Source of the DNA: Podarcis muralis
Lineage: Eukaryota
NCBI RefSeq assembly: GCF_964188315.1
Contig: NC_135655.1
Coordinates: 104,222,001-104,286,000 of the forward strand
Length of the DNA stretch: 64,000 bases
Direction: 5' to 3'
In this document: positions 11,930 through 24,132 of the stretch, piece after piece
Numbering within the stretch: the first letter of the stretch is position 1
How the letters are laid out: each line of letters opens with the position of its first letter
Position numbers and translations under genes: made by a program
The notes under the pieces: model-generated
What the model was told of the DNA's origin: nothing
The model's input: only the letters and a program-made list of their open reading frames with translations
Databases searched by the model: none

Positions 11930-12110
11930 AAACTGAAGTTCAGTGCAGACAAGGAGGTGCCATTGGTGGATGGTTCATCTGTGTGAATTAATGTGCTCAT
12001 CCTATTCTAGACAAAGTTACACTCCCCCAAAAAAGACCAGCTTACAGCTTTGGGGTACTCTTAGATCCAGCTTCCTCTCTGCAGCTGCATTTTGCATTTT
12101 CATTACCACA
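11930..12110 (+). mobile_element. Degenerate L2 reverse-transcriptase fragment
   Basis: Frameshifted KLKFSADK-EVPLVDG and LGVLLDP resemble the L2 RT motifs KLKLNPDKTE and SLGVLLDP. Confidence 0.6.
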
Positions 12111-13756
12111 CACGGACACCCCTTGGTGAGCAGAGCAATTTAAGGGAGAAGGGTCAGATCCATTCCCCCAAAGAAAAACACCCTATCCTGGAGCTCAGGT
12201 GGGGCAGGCAGAGGATAAAGCATTTTTATACAAACACAGAGTTGATTTCAGAATCCAACTATGGCTGTTTAAAATAGGTGATATTGCGTGACACGCAATA
12301 TTGCTTCTAGAAGTTTGCAAAAATAAAATAAAATAGAAGAACAAGGAAAAGATCATAAGCATATAGTCAGACATTCAGCAGCGTATCTTAGCCTGCTATT
12401 ATGTTAGCTGTGGGTGCCTGATCTTTTTAGACAACAAATAAAGAGTTCTACTGGAGTCTCTTCTACTTCTGAACCAGACTCCTTCCCCCCCCCCCCCCCA
12501 AGAAACAAACGACTGTGAATTCACAGTACAAAGGCCTTAGAGGTATACATAAACGCTTTGAAACTAGCTTGCAATCCACACAAAGCTGCTGCAGTGGATA
12601 TGGATTGAGAGGATCCATTATTAAAAGAGGGATCAAAACAAGCTGCAATTATGCCCAGTTAATCCCCTCAAAACAGTGAGGTATTTCTTCCCCACAGCAA
12701 TTATTTGCACAGGGGTGAAAACAACAACCATATAGAACAAATTAAAACTTTACCTTCAGATGCTACCCCTCAATTGTTATGCAGATTTCCCTATGCTCAT
12801 TTCAGTCAGTGGCAAAAGACAAACATAAAACGGGAGATTTCCACCCCTCCAAACCACAGCTGCCTGCACAAAACTGTGATAATAATAATAAAAAAAATCC
12901 TAAAATAGATGTAAATTGAGTTTATTATTATGTTCCTTCCCGTATTTTTAAGCCCATTCAAGGCAGCTGTGATCTCAAAAGCTCTGTATTGAAAGACTGG
13001 GCAAAGATCAGCTGTTCTTAGGATATCTGTAGGCACCGTCACCTGAATAAAAATATGTGTGCATTTGCAAGCCAGTATCAAATGACCACAACGGTGTACA
13101 AATTGCTTGTTTGGGCTACTTTAAATACAACCTTCACATGTTTAAATGTCATGCTTGGATTTAGCTTGCTAAGGTGGCAGGTTTATAAAATATAGACTAG
13201 ATGAAGGTTGAAATGTTCCAAATGCAAGACTGAAAAGGGAAAAGGGGGAGAGCCAAGAGCTCTATGCCAACTTTTATTTATTTCCTATATAAATATAAGC
13301 AATTTAGTCCTTCTCCCAAAATAGAGGCAGATTAGATGAGTTAGACAGTAGTCAATTCATTTTGCATAGGAATGGCTCATTAAAAAAAAGAGCCCCACAT
13401 TTGTATTATGCTCTGATTGGACAGAGCACAAAATGAATTTACTGTGTCACTCCGAGATGTAGCAGGACTAATGAGAGAGGGAGAGTGTATGGGGCTATGG
13501 GTAAATCTCCAGTATATTCATTCCCCTCCACTGGTATAGCTCATGGAACGGAGGTGTCTCTCATTATGTATGTGTCTCAGGAGCTTTCTTTAATATTTTA
13601 ATAAATAACAACATCAGCCCAACAAGAAATTAATGAATAGTATCATTAATAATGAGCTAGAGTCTTGTAGTGATAGGATAGATATTAAATTGAACCACTG
13701 TGGTGCTATCTCTAGAGACTTGGGATTTTTCCAGCGGCAAACAAGGCGGCTGAATG

Positions 13757-13936
13757 NNNNNNNNNNNNNNNNNNNNNNNNNNNNNNNNNNNNNNNNNNNN
13801 NNNNNNNNNNNNNNNNNNNNNNNNNNNNNNNNNNNNNNNNNNNNNNNNNNNNNNNNNNNNNNNNNNNNNNNNNNNNNNNNNNNNNNNNNNNNNNNNNNNN
13901 NNNNNNNNNNNNNNNNNNNNNNNNNNNNNNNNNNNN
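13757..13936. other. N-run, 180 nt
   Basis: Directly visible; unique flanks. Confidence 1.
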
Positions 13937-15388
13937 CCATTCTCTCTTTAAAAAGGGTTAGGAGAAGCAGAGAGGGTGTCAGCTACTTCGCTGCCACCAA
14001 GTTCTGCCCTAAAATAATTCTATATTAAACCATAGAAAAGTGTGTTCAAATAACGTTAAATCCCCTACAGCCAGGAAACTCAGAGTTAAGTCAGATGCTG
14101 CATCCTTAATTCACCCCTTTGTCTCTAGGTGTATTACAGCTTGTGATGTGTGAGATCAGCCACAATTTGAAGCCTCTAAAGTAATGGGGAAGAGTTAAGC
14201 AAAAACAGAGAAAAAGAGAGAGAGTTTTGCACTCAAATCTCGATTTCCTTACTTTTAATCAGCCACTGAATAGTTTCCACTGCATCTCCTTCTGTGTGGT
14301 TTAATTCCTGTTATTCTAAAGAGTAAAATATGGATTCCCTTTAGTTATATTGCCATATAAGAAACAGTGAGAGGGCTGACTGTGAAAGAATATACTTTGC
14401 TGTAGAATTTGGGAGCTAAATTCAGCTGTCCAAGCAGACAAACCAATCTAATCTGAATGCGGTAGAAATGGGCCATCTATCTTATGCAATCATTGCATCC
14501 TCACTGATTTCAAGTGTAATATTGTACGGATCGTGCTATTATTGCAATGACACTACTGGACTATTGCAATTAACACTACTGACACTACTGGGGACCATGA
14601 GATGCTTTGAGAGAAAGGTATCAAAAAAACCGGGCTTCTATAGCAGTGGGATCAAGTAACTCAACATCTCGAACCACAGCCACTGATTTCAAGCATCTTT
14701 TCAAAGGGGTCCATAAGAAACAAGGTGCCAAGCTAATGTACTGAGCTGTTAGAATTAAAAAATATATAATCTAAGCAGACCAAACTACTCTGACCATTGA
14801 ACCTGTTTTTGCCAAGTCACCAGTATTAGGGCCTAAACTTTTATGGCTCCACCTCTGCCAATTCCAGCCACACCCTTAACCCTACCATATTCCATCTTGG
14901 CCTTGGCTTTGACTTACCCAGTTCCCCCAGCTCTCCACTTCTAGTTTCTGCCCCTGCTCCCAAACATGGTATGCTTTGACCCCATTTATGGGGACAGTGT
15001 TTTTATGAATCAAGAGCAGACAATCCTATCTACCGAACGTTTCCTTGCAATTCCTAATACGAAAAGATATGGGATCACCAATAAACCTCCCTGCTTAAAC
15101 ACATAAGGGTTTTGTGACTATACCCTGGCAAGCACCCACAAAAATGTCCAAAGGGATTTGCGAGTGCTCAGGGGAGCTGTTCGCAAAATTCCAATGGACC
15201 TGTGGGCCCTTCTTCCACCGTTAGCCCCTCTGCCTTGCAAGCAAAGGGGCAATAAGCAACAAGGGGGATTGCACCCCTCTTTCCTGCTGCCCCTCCCTCC
15301 GAGGGAAAGAGGCTCATAGGGGAAGGGATAGGATTATAGGGGGATGACTATAGAAAGCTATCTTATTCAGAGTCGGCACTGTCTACAC

Positions 15389-15524
15389 CAGGCATAGGCA
15401 AACTTGGCCATCCAGATGTTTTGGGACTACAACTCCCACCATCCCTAGCAAACAGGACCAGTGGTCAGGGATAATGGGAATTGTAGTCTCAAAACATCTG
15501 GAGGGCCGAGTTTGCCTATGCCTG
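15389..15524. mobile_element. Short palindromic hAT MITE
   Basis: TIR CAGGCATAGGCAAAC; TSD GTCTACAC/GTCTACAT. Confidence 0.92.
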
Positions 15525-15534
15525 GTCTACATGG

Positions 15535-15655
15535 TTTGGCAGTGCCTCTTGAGGGTTTCAGACAGGGGACACTCCCAGCCCTACCTGAAGATGCTGGGAT
15601 TGAGCCTGGGGATGTCTGCAGGCGAGTCAGATGCTCTGCCACCCAGCAGTCAGCA
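15535..15655 (-). mobile_element. Old tRNA-derived SINE remnant
   Basis: tttcagacaggggacactcccagccct shared with 47425-47595; related to 50142-50290. Confidence 0.65.
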
Positions 15656-16049
15656 AGGAACATAAGGAGTATTTTTTTTTTCCTCCCAGGTAAACACCAT
15701 CCTATTGTTTTTGATTAAAATAATTCAAACACGCTTAAACTTCCAATCACTACCCTGCCCCCGCCCCCAAAAAACTGTGGATGGTCAGCCTGCCAGCAGC
15801 CATGTATGTATCTCACGTGGCACGGGCAGTGGGAAGTTTGTGGCATACCTAGAAAGGAAATGGAAAATCAAGGTTGCATTTCTGCCACCTATCTGTTCTG
15901 TGATTCAGCAGTCTATCCGTCCACAAGGCAACAGGAGCTGCATGGGTATGTTTCCTCACAATATGGGCTTCACTTGTGGCACGTGCATTCAGCTGATTGC
16001 TTTTAATGTAATAGGCTCAGACGAATGATCCCCACAACACCACTGCTTG

Positions 16050-16227
16050 AATAGAAGCCAGCTCCTAGGAGCCAAGGTTCCGTCACACACCACCCAATAA
16101 AATATTTGAGCCCCCCACCCCCATCCCAGTTGATAGGCATTGCATTCAAATGGTGTGCCATGTCATGTGATCGATTATGTGCGGCGAGGCTTACCTGGGA
16201 CCCTCCAATATTGCCTTGGAAGCAACA
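16050..16227. mobile_element. hAT-like non-autonomous element
   Basis: Reverse-complement homologue of 50329-50511. Confidence 0.7.
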
Positions 16228-17074
16228 TTTGAGGAAGCCTCGTCTAGAAGTTGTTGGCCTGCTGGGATCATGGCGAGAGGTGATTTGTTGGAGTCCACTG
16301 CTCTGACGCCCTACATCATGCGAGTAAAGAGCACTGGATTTCTGCCTTTATTCCTCCATTAACTTTAATAAAGCCCCCTTAAAGCATGAAGTTGTATCCA
16401 GGTCGCGCGCACATCTGGCGGAATTCATAGTTGGGCCCTTATGCTCTTATAAAATTAAGACTGTTTCCTTATGCTAATATATTCAGCATGTGCTAGTTAA
16501 TATCTGGTTTTTAAAAGTGAGCGAAAGCTATAACTTAAATGGAGATTTAAATTGATTGAAGTAAATAATGTGACAAATCCCAATTATTAAGTATGGTGAA
16601 GTGATTTGAAATGTTACATTATACCTTCTCTGTGGAATATTGTGGATTAACATTACAAGAGACTAATTGCTGTATTGTTACAGATTGCTTTCAAGTCTGA
16701 GACACATGAAAAGCCTTATCTTTCATTGCTTTTGTATCCAGATTTCCAAAGGCTCCAACTCAGTAGATAAAACATATCCCAGTTACAGTTGCCCCCCATG
16801 TTTCCCATTGTTTGGGATCCAAGAACTATCCCCGATATTCATGACCATCATTTCTGTGCTCTACCCTGGAGATACAGCAGTAAGTCACTTAAGAGCTAAT
16901 ATAACATACTGGTCAAGAGACTGAACAGTGAACCACGAAATCCTAAGTTTACATTTCACCTCTGCCATGAAGACAATAGAGCCCCTAGCATAGGCAATAT
17001 ATAAGGAGCACGTGCTTGTATTCCAGCTCCCATCAGCCCCAGCCAATGGTTAAGGGTGATAGGAGTTCTAGATA

Positions 17075-17247
17075 ACATCCACACCACACATTTAAATCAC
17101 ATGGCTTCCCCTGAAAAAAATCTGGGAACTGTAGTTTGTTAAGGGTAGCAGGAATTGCAGCTCTGTTGAGTATAAACTACCGTTCCCAGGATTCCTTGGG
17201 GGAAGTCCTATGCTTTAAATGTGTCTTAAAGAGTACTGTGTGGATGT
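17075..17247. mobile_element. Palindromic MITE (PIF/Harbinger-like by recollection)
   Basis: Perfect terminal IR ACATCCACAC/GTGTGGATGT; internal inverted arms tgggaactgtagttt / aaactaccgttccca. Confidence 0.7.
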
Positions 17248-17448
17248 CACCATAGTCCAGCAACCTCTGGCAAGCCACAGGTTCCCCACAGCTACCTTAG
17301 GACAAGTCATGGATACATCAGCCTTAATATGCACACATTCCACATCTGCAAATTGGACACTGTGGTGATTTATCATACACAGTTGTTGTTAGGATTAAGG
17401 AAAAAACGTCTGTGAGCCACTTTGAACCCTTAGTAGCAGAAAAAAATG

Positions 17449-17482
<34 letters not shown>
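17449..17482. repeat. (GT)n microsatellite
   Basis: Directly visible. Confidence 0.97.
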
Positions 17483-17484
<2 letters not shown>

Positions 17485-19496
17485 ACAAATGTTGAGTGGG
17501 CAGCCTTCCTCTCCCAAAGCAGTCTTGAGAGATCACTAGATGATCAGCATAAATATTGGGCTCAACAGAACATTTATTGCCATTCTAAGTCAATGGATAT
17601 AACTTCAGAGAACACTTTAATAACGTTTCTCTAATATAGATTTTAATTTCAGGCATGTCCAAAGACATAACGAGGAGAATCAGAATAACACCAGCCTTAA
17701 CTTTCTAACAGTAGAAATCAGATGAGAGGAGACTCTACTGTGGAACAGCTAATATTCAGCAGGAGATCTGCAAAGCTGCTGAATATCATAATGATTGCAT
17801 TAATATTTTTATTGAAGTGTATTATTAATTAGGATATAATGAAATAGCTGGGTGGCCTTTCCATCTAACATCCAGGAGTTAAAATTTCAATGATTTCTTG
17901 GTGTCAACTGTGCAAATCTGGGTAGAGAGACACAGTAATGGATGTTTGCAAAGGGGAGTTTGTTGATGGTTCTAAACGCAACTCTTTATCTGTTTGCTTT
18001 AAAGTTCTACTCCCAGCCCTGTATCTTTCAAAAACCAGTTTGGGAGGTTTGTTCACTTATTTTTCTACAATTCAGGTTGCTGTAAATTAATAATGGCTGT
18101 GCATGAAAGAGCATTCATTGTATCCCATGGAAGTCATTCTTTTGCACATGGCAATCCCAGGAGAGTATCTCTCTCTCTTTTTTACCAACACTGTTAGTCA
18201 CTCTGGGTAAGAATGGCATAAAAATAACTGTTGTTGCAGTCGTAGTATGGCAGCAGAGGCTAATCTAGAAACTTCTGCAAGTGCATTTCCCTCAGACAGA
18301 CATGTGAAGGACTTCACATGTTGCTTGAGTGCCCCAACAAGTACAGGAGTCCACACACTTAGAATGCATTAAGCATACCAGTTCCTCTCAGCCCATGTGA
18401 CTGACAGCCTGAATTCCATACTTCTCTTATCCAAGCCCAGGGTTGTCCTGGAGTGAAGGGCACTTGACTTTTCCAAGGACATTTCCAGAGCTCATACAAG
18501 TGAATTACAGGAAGCTGCCTCTTGGGCAAATGCATCTAGAATCCCAAATTTGGACGCCCAACTATGATGCTTTGGAGATTCTACCAGTGTAAAAAGAAAA
18601 AGAAAAAAGACTTGGATTTTAAACCTGGTGAGTTCTCAGGTGTAACTTCTCAATGCATGGAATTTATGATGAAAATTCCATTTAGAATACATATTTAAGG
18701 GACACCTTAAATACTCTCTCCTCCCTATTTCTTATCCTCAACATGATTACTACCATTAGCCTTTTCAAAATTAAACCCCTTGCATGCTAACCGAAGCCTG
18801 TGGCAGTCTGGTTTGCCATTCTTGGTCTTCTCTTATCTTCAGACAGGCATGTCAAAACAGTGGGATTTCCAAGTTACCCAGAACAAAAAACTATTTGCCT
18901 AGTTGCTAATGGCAAATAAGAATTGTCTCCTGGTGACTAAGCAGGTAAGTAAACAGTATGATGGCTGGCTACCTTTTGAGCTGGCCTTGTGACACAAAAT
19001 GGCTGACATAGGTGTCCTCAGAAAGAAGGGTAATATTTGTCACTTAACTGCAAAGTGTTCTTATATGGCTCTGCATTTATTAGCAACCATTGGAACCCCT
19101 CCTCTGGGTGCCCCCGCCACCTAAAGTTGCCTGTAGGTGTTGGCTGCTGTCAGAGGCACCAACTTGCCCCCCACATTCAGGGGGCCCAGCGTCACGGGAT
19201 GAGTCCCACCCCACCCGGCACGTGGGCACTCACCCTCCAGTGGGGAGGGGCATGTGCAGAGGGTGCTCTTCATGAGCGCTCACCAGGCGGCTGGGGGGTG
19301 CCAGGTCCCTCAATAATGGGGGGGCTTGGCCCCATGCCCCAAAATATTGAGGGGTCTGAAGCCCCTCCCCTCTATATTTGGTGCCCCTGGGTGCTGTGGT
19401 GAGGACCTTTACAATGGCGGCACTCCAGCTGTGATATGCTCTTTCCCAGGGGCTCACCTGGTAGGTACTTAGTGGGTTTTTTTAAAGCCTGGCTAA

Positions 19497-19845
19497 GCGG
19501 GTGGCGCTGTGGGTTAAACCACAGAGCCTAGGACTTGCAGATCAGAAGGTCGGCAGTTCGAATCCCCGGGATGGGCGGTTCGAATCCCGTTGCTCGGTCC
19601 CGGCTCCTGCCAACCTAGCAGTTCGAAAGCATGTCAAAGCGCAAGTAGATAAATAGGTACTGCTCTGGCGGGAAGGTAAACGGCATTTCTGTGTGCTGCT
19701 CTGGTTTGCCAGAAGCGGCTTAGTCTTGCTGGCCACATGACCTGGAAGCTGAATGCCGGCTCCCTCGGCCAATAAAGTGAGATGAGCGCCACAACCCCAG
19801 AGTCGGTCATGACTGGACCTAATGGTCAGGGGTCCCCTTTACCTT
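19497..19845 (+). mobile_element. Sauria SINE with duplicated B box
   Basis: Sauria head, body and tail; GTTCGAATCCC occurs twice in 19552-19588. Confidence 0.95.
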
Positions 19846-21116
19846 AAGATCTTTCTTATTTTCCCAGGCATTTTAACTTTAAAAGTCTCTAACTTTCCCA
19901 TCATAAATTGGAATTGTATATATAACATGATGCATAATTTTAATACATTGTTGGTGTTGCTCAAGAATCTTTGTTGTTGATTTGATTCTCTGCTGGTTTT
20001 CAATTTTTTGTTTCTATGGTCTAGATATAACTGTGTTTTAGATGCCAGGGACTCAACCAGGGACCCTTCCCATGCCCAGCCACCCTTCCCTGGTTATTCT
20101 TCATCCATGTGAAAACAGAACAGGGGAAGAAATAACACCCCAATTTAAAATTCATGGGCAGCCATGAATTTTGTTCCCAACTTCAAGCAATCCCACAAAA
20201 CCAGGATTCTCAGCAGTGGTGATTATTAAAATATTTGTCCATTTTGTGTATGTACGCTTTCAGTGGAACAGCAAGCAAATCACTGTTTATTTTTAAAAAT
20301 ACCCAAACTGAGCAACATTCTGTGCTCATGGATATAAATTACTTTCCCTGCCCTACATCTGTATTTAATCAGGATACTACCACTTAATGAGAAAACGGTT
20401 CATTTTAGGCTTTTATATGCAAGATCCTAAGGTTCCCTCCTCAGTGATTACATTTAGCAACTCCCTCTCGCTGCCTGGAAGCACAGGCAGTTTTTCCATA
20501 ATAAAAACTGGATTAGCATGTATCAGGAAGTGACACCGCCAGCTGTCACTTTGAAATCAGACCACTCTATCTTATGTTGGGGATGATAATGGATAAACCA
20601 ATAAATGACAAGCAGTTTTCCAGTATTTATCTCATAAGTGACCAAAACAAGCAAGCATCTCTTCTCATATAATAGAGTTACATAAAGAAAAAGAAAAAGG
20701 CTTTTAAAAAACCGGGCTGGAGCACCCACCACATAAGCTAGCCACACACAATATTGGCAGAGGAAAAGAGAGCATAGCAAATTGTTGTTTTCCTCGTTGC
20801 GTCTCACCTGTTCCTGCCTTCTGTCTTTATTGCATCTGGGCTTCTGTTTCATCTTAATACAAAACTCTTTAAGCAGGGGAAGAATTTTGGTTTAATTGGA
20901 TCATATTTAAGGTCCTCTGAAAAACCAGAGCACTTCTGTCTCATTTCAGCCACTTAATTTTTTAACCTCTTACTTCTGGCATTTGTAAATGAGTGGACTT
21001 AGCCAGCAATTATAACAACACTGCCACACGAGTCAACATTGCCATGGTACCCTGTGTTAGCAAAGGAAGCGAAAGTGTTCACAAAAAGAGCTTTTGCATT
21101 TTTGGGGGGACGTTAC

Positions 21117-21206
21117 CAGCGCAGTCCTTTGCACATCTACTTAGTAGCAAGTTCCGCTGAATTCAGTGGGAGTTACTCTTAAGTAAGTTTATATATAATC
21201 GCAACC
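21117..21206. repeat. Ancient palindromic MITE-like repeat
   Basis: gcagtcct..gcacat.tactt....aagt.cc.ctgaattcagtgg ga.ttact...aagta..., centred on GAATTC. Confidence 0.6.
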
Positions 21207-23885
21207 AGTGTTCATTGTCCCATTGTTCTAGGACAATTCTAGGGAATTTCATTTGCGCAAGCAGTTTCTGTGCTCTGGGGCACAGTACTGTGCCTAAGAT
21301 TTCAGGTTAAAGCTGCCTCCCCACTTCCAGATACTCTCTGGAGACTGGAGAAGAGACCCTCTTAAGACTATGAGGGGGGTGGGCAGGGAAAGGACTAGAC
21401 CATGTGAAAAATGAACATAATATTTTAGCAGCAGCTCATTTTCAGCTTTGTATTCTTATTATTAAAAAGCACACCTAGACATTCCATTGTTGCACCCATA
21501 GCCTAGATTTAAGGTGCCATTTAGCTCCTAACTTCCATATCTCAGTTTCTAACAAGGGTTGCAACCTAAATAAACAAAAGGCTGTTTCTAGCCTATTGGT
21601 TTCTAACACTCAAAAGTCAAGTTTACCACATTTATATTAAAGTAGCACATGTAGCATCAATACATAGGTTAGCCAAGAGAGTTCTGGAATTATATTGAAC
21701 ACCTGACCAATATTCTTTATTATTTTTAATATTATTATTATAATTATAATTATCACTATCATTATTTATTGTGTTACATGTGGAATTCTGCACTTCCTGG
21801 GACTTTAAAAATACCCCTTTCCCCTAAGGAAGCCGCTCCTGAAAGCTCTCTAAATAGGCACTAGTGATGAATATTTTCATACCCACAGCATACAGCATAA
21901 TAACAAGTACTATCTAAAATGACCTAAGTCTTTTTATGTCCCCAGTGATTTTATGAAAGCCTTGAAGTGGAAGTGTTTAATGTTTCCACAAAACAACTGA
22001 GCTTTCTGATAGACTTGATTTACTTGAATAAAATAACCATACTGAATTTGCATAATGTAGATTCATCCATTTTGCCATGATTAAAGTTCTCTCTGAATAA
22101 CTGATTCACAAACCAAATTTGAGAAGCTGTTTCTTTGGGCAAATTCTTCTGTGCAAGTCATGCAAACCGACACAATTTGCTGTGAAGGTGCAAAGTTAAA
22201 CTACACATTCAGATGTGCAAAATGCTCTATTAAAAACACTATCTGGATGGAGATTTCACAGGGAATCCCATGATGAATAAATCAACATAGCCCGTTTCAA
22301 AGCTCTCATAGGTAATCAATATGGTTTCGTCAATGCCACCTGCAAAACCAGAGCAGAGACTGAAGCAAAGTTTTTATTTCATTTTACCTATTTTATATAA
22401 ATAACCAAGTTGATGTGTCTGTTTAATGACAGGGAAGGCAGGGAATTAAAACACTGGTCACTGGCAGTTTCAAAAATATTTTCATTGCGACAGAAACAGC
22501 TTCTGTTTCCAGTAAGAGGGGCAACACGCAGAAACAATACCGGTCAAAGGAGAGAAGGAGCTAAAAGTCAAAGGGTAAATTCCACTTGCAACATGCAACA
22601 TATTTTCATAGGCTGACTCAAGAGCCTGATGACCAGCACTATTTAGATTGGAGAAAGGAAGAATTTCAAGAAACATACTTGATGTAGGTGGGGGGGGACA
22701 CACAGACAAAGAAGCTGGAAGTATTCTAAAAAACCATTCGTCAATGAGTAATGAGCATGTGTTACACTGGTTCATAAATTTTGTTGTTCTCTCTTAGGGA
22801 CAGCAGTCTTTTCAAAGTTTTGCCTTTGTTTAGTTGGATGTGTGGGAAGAGGAGGGTGCTGTGGAAAGCAAACTTGTGAAAGAATTCGCTTGTTACATTT
22901 TCCCTTACTTTGGAGAAATGTTTCAATAGTTCAGGATAACACCCAAAGAAAGAATGTCAAAGAAAACCCTGATACTACTAATTATTATATAAACTGAGGG
23001 CCTGAGTCTTAGGACTGAAGAGAACAAGATTATTTATACTTTGTGACAACTGCACAAAATTTAGAAATCTTGGGTAAAGGATTTTAAAAAAATCAAGCAT
23101 AGGGCTCAATTATCTTCAGAATGGAAAATATATAAAGTCCCGCACTATAACCCCTACAGCGATGGTGATTTGTTCATGTGAAGAAAAGCAGAGTTGCAGA
23201 GCCAAAGAAGCAACTTTTGTTCAGCATTTTAAATTGGTGCTAACTTAAGTTTTGTGTTACATTATATTCTCAATTTAGGAGGAGGGAAAAGTAACAATGG
23301 ACCATTTATGGACAATTTTTGTATGTTGGTTTAAATCTGACTTGATTTGATTGCCCTAAAATCCTAAATCAATGTTATGTGTGAATCTGCCTCTTTAGAT
23401 CAAAAGGCACGGGCAGAGTTTTAATACTGTTAATAGCTCCTTGGTCAGGCTTTTCATGTTCTAGGAGTGAGAAAATGGAGGAGGCGACAGAATGAAGAAG
23501 AGAATTGTCCTCAGCAACGACCCCAAATGACCCCACTCCACCAGAAGTCCAAGCACCTGAGGAACCCATCTTGTCAGCACCCCTGGGTCAGAAGTGCTAA
23601 CTGGAGCTGTCCAAGGTTTCACCTCTAAACTGAACTCTTGCCAGAAATCCCGCCCTTGGGCTTGAACTATCTAGCTGTGACCACTACAGGGAACAGGAAT
23701 CATATCACCCAATATTTCATTTGTCCTTCTTCTCAAAGTCGGCCATTTCTGAATTCACAGGGAAAGCAATAAAACATTATATTTTCTGAAATGCGATTTT
23801 TTTAGACTTTCAATCCTCACAAACAATGTAAAAAAAAAAAAAAACCAGTAAATTTAAAAGCATCTCACTTCACAATCCTTTAGAC

Positions 23886-24014
23886 CAGGCATAGGCAAAC
23901 TCTGGCCCTCCAGATGTTTGGAACTACAATTCCCATCATCCCTGACCACTGGGGTCAGGGATGATGGGAATTGTAGTCCCAAACATCTGGAGGGCCAGCG
24001 TTTGCCTATGCCTG
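23886..24014. mobile_element. Short hAT MITE forming a near-perfect hairpin
   Basis: Perfect TSD CTTTAGAC; 62-bp arms with 2 mismatches, 5-nt loop. Confidence 0.95.
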
Positions 24015-24132
24015 CTTTAGACCATGGTTGGGGAGAAGGTAGGTTGGGATCAGCAGCAACAAAACTGCTTTTTCCCCCCTCACATAAATTTGATTGCTGA
24101 ATTGAAAAAAACCTAACCAGGACTGGGGTGGT

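Noticed and set aside
15125-15187. Short similarity to 44385-44435 and hairpin TTTGCGA..TCGCAAA
   Set aside because: Short and gapped; compatible with chance
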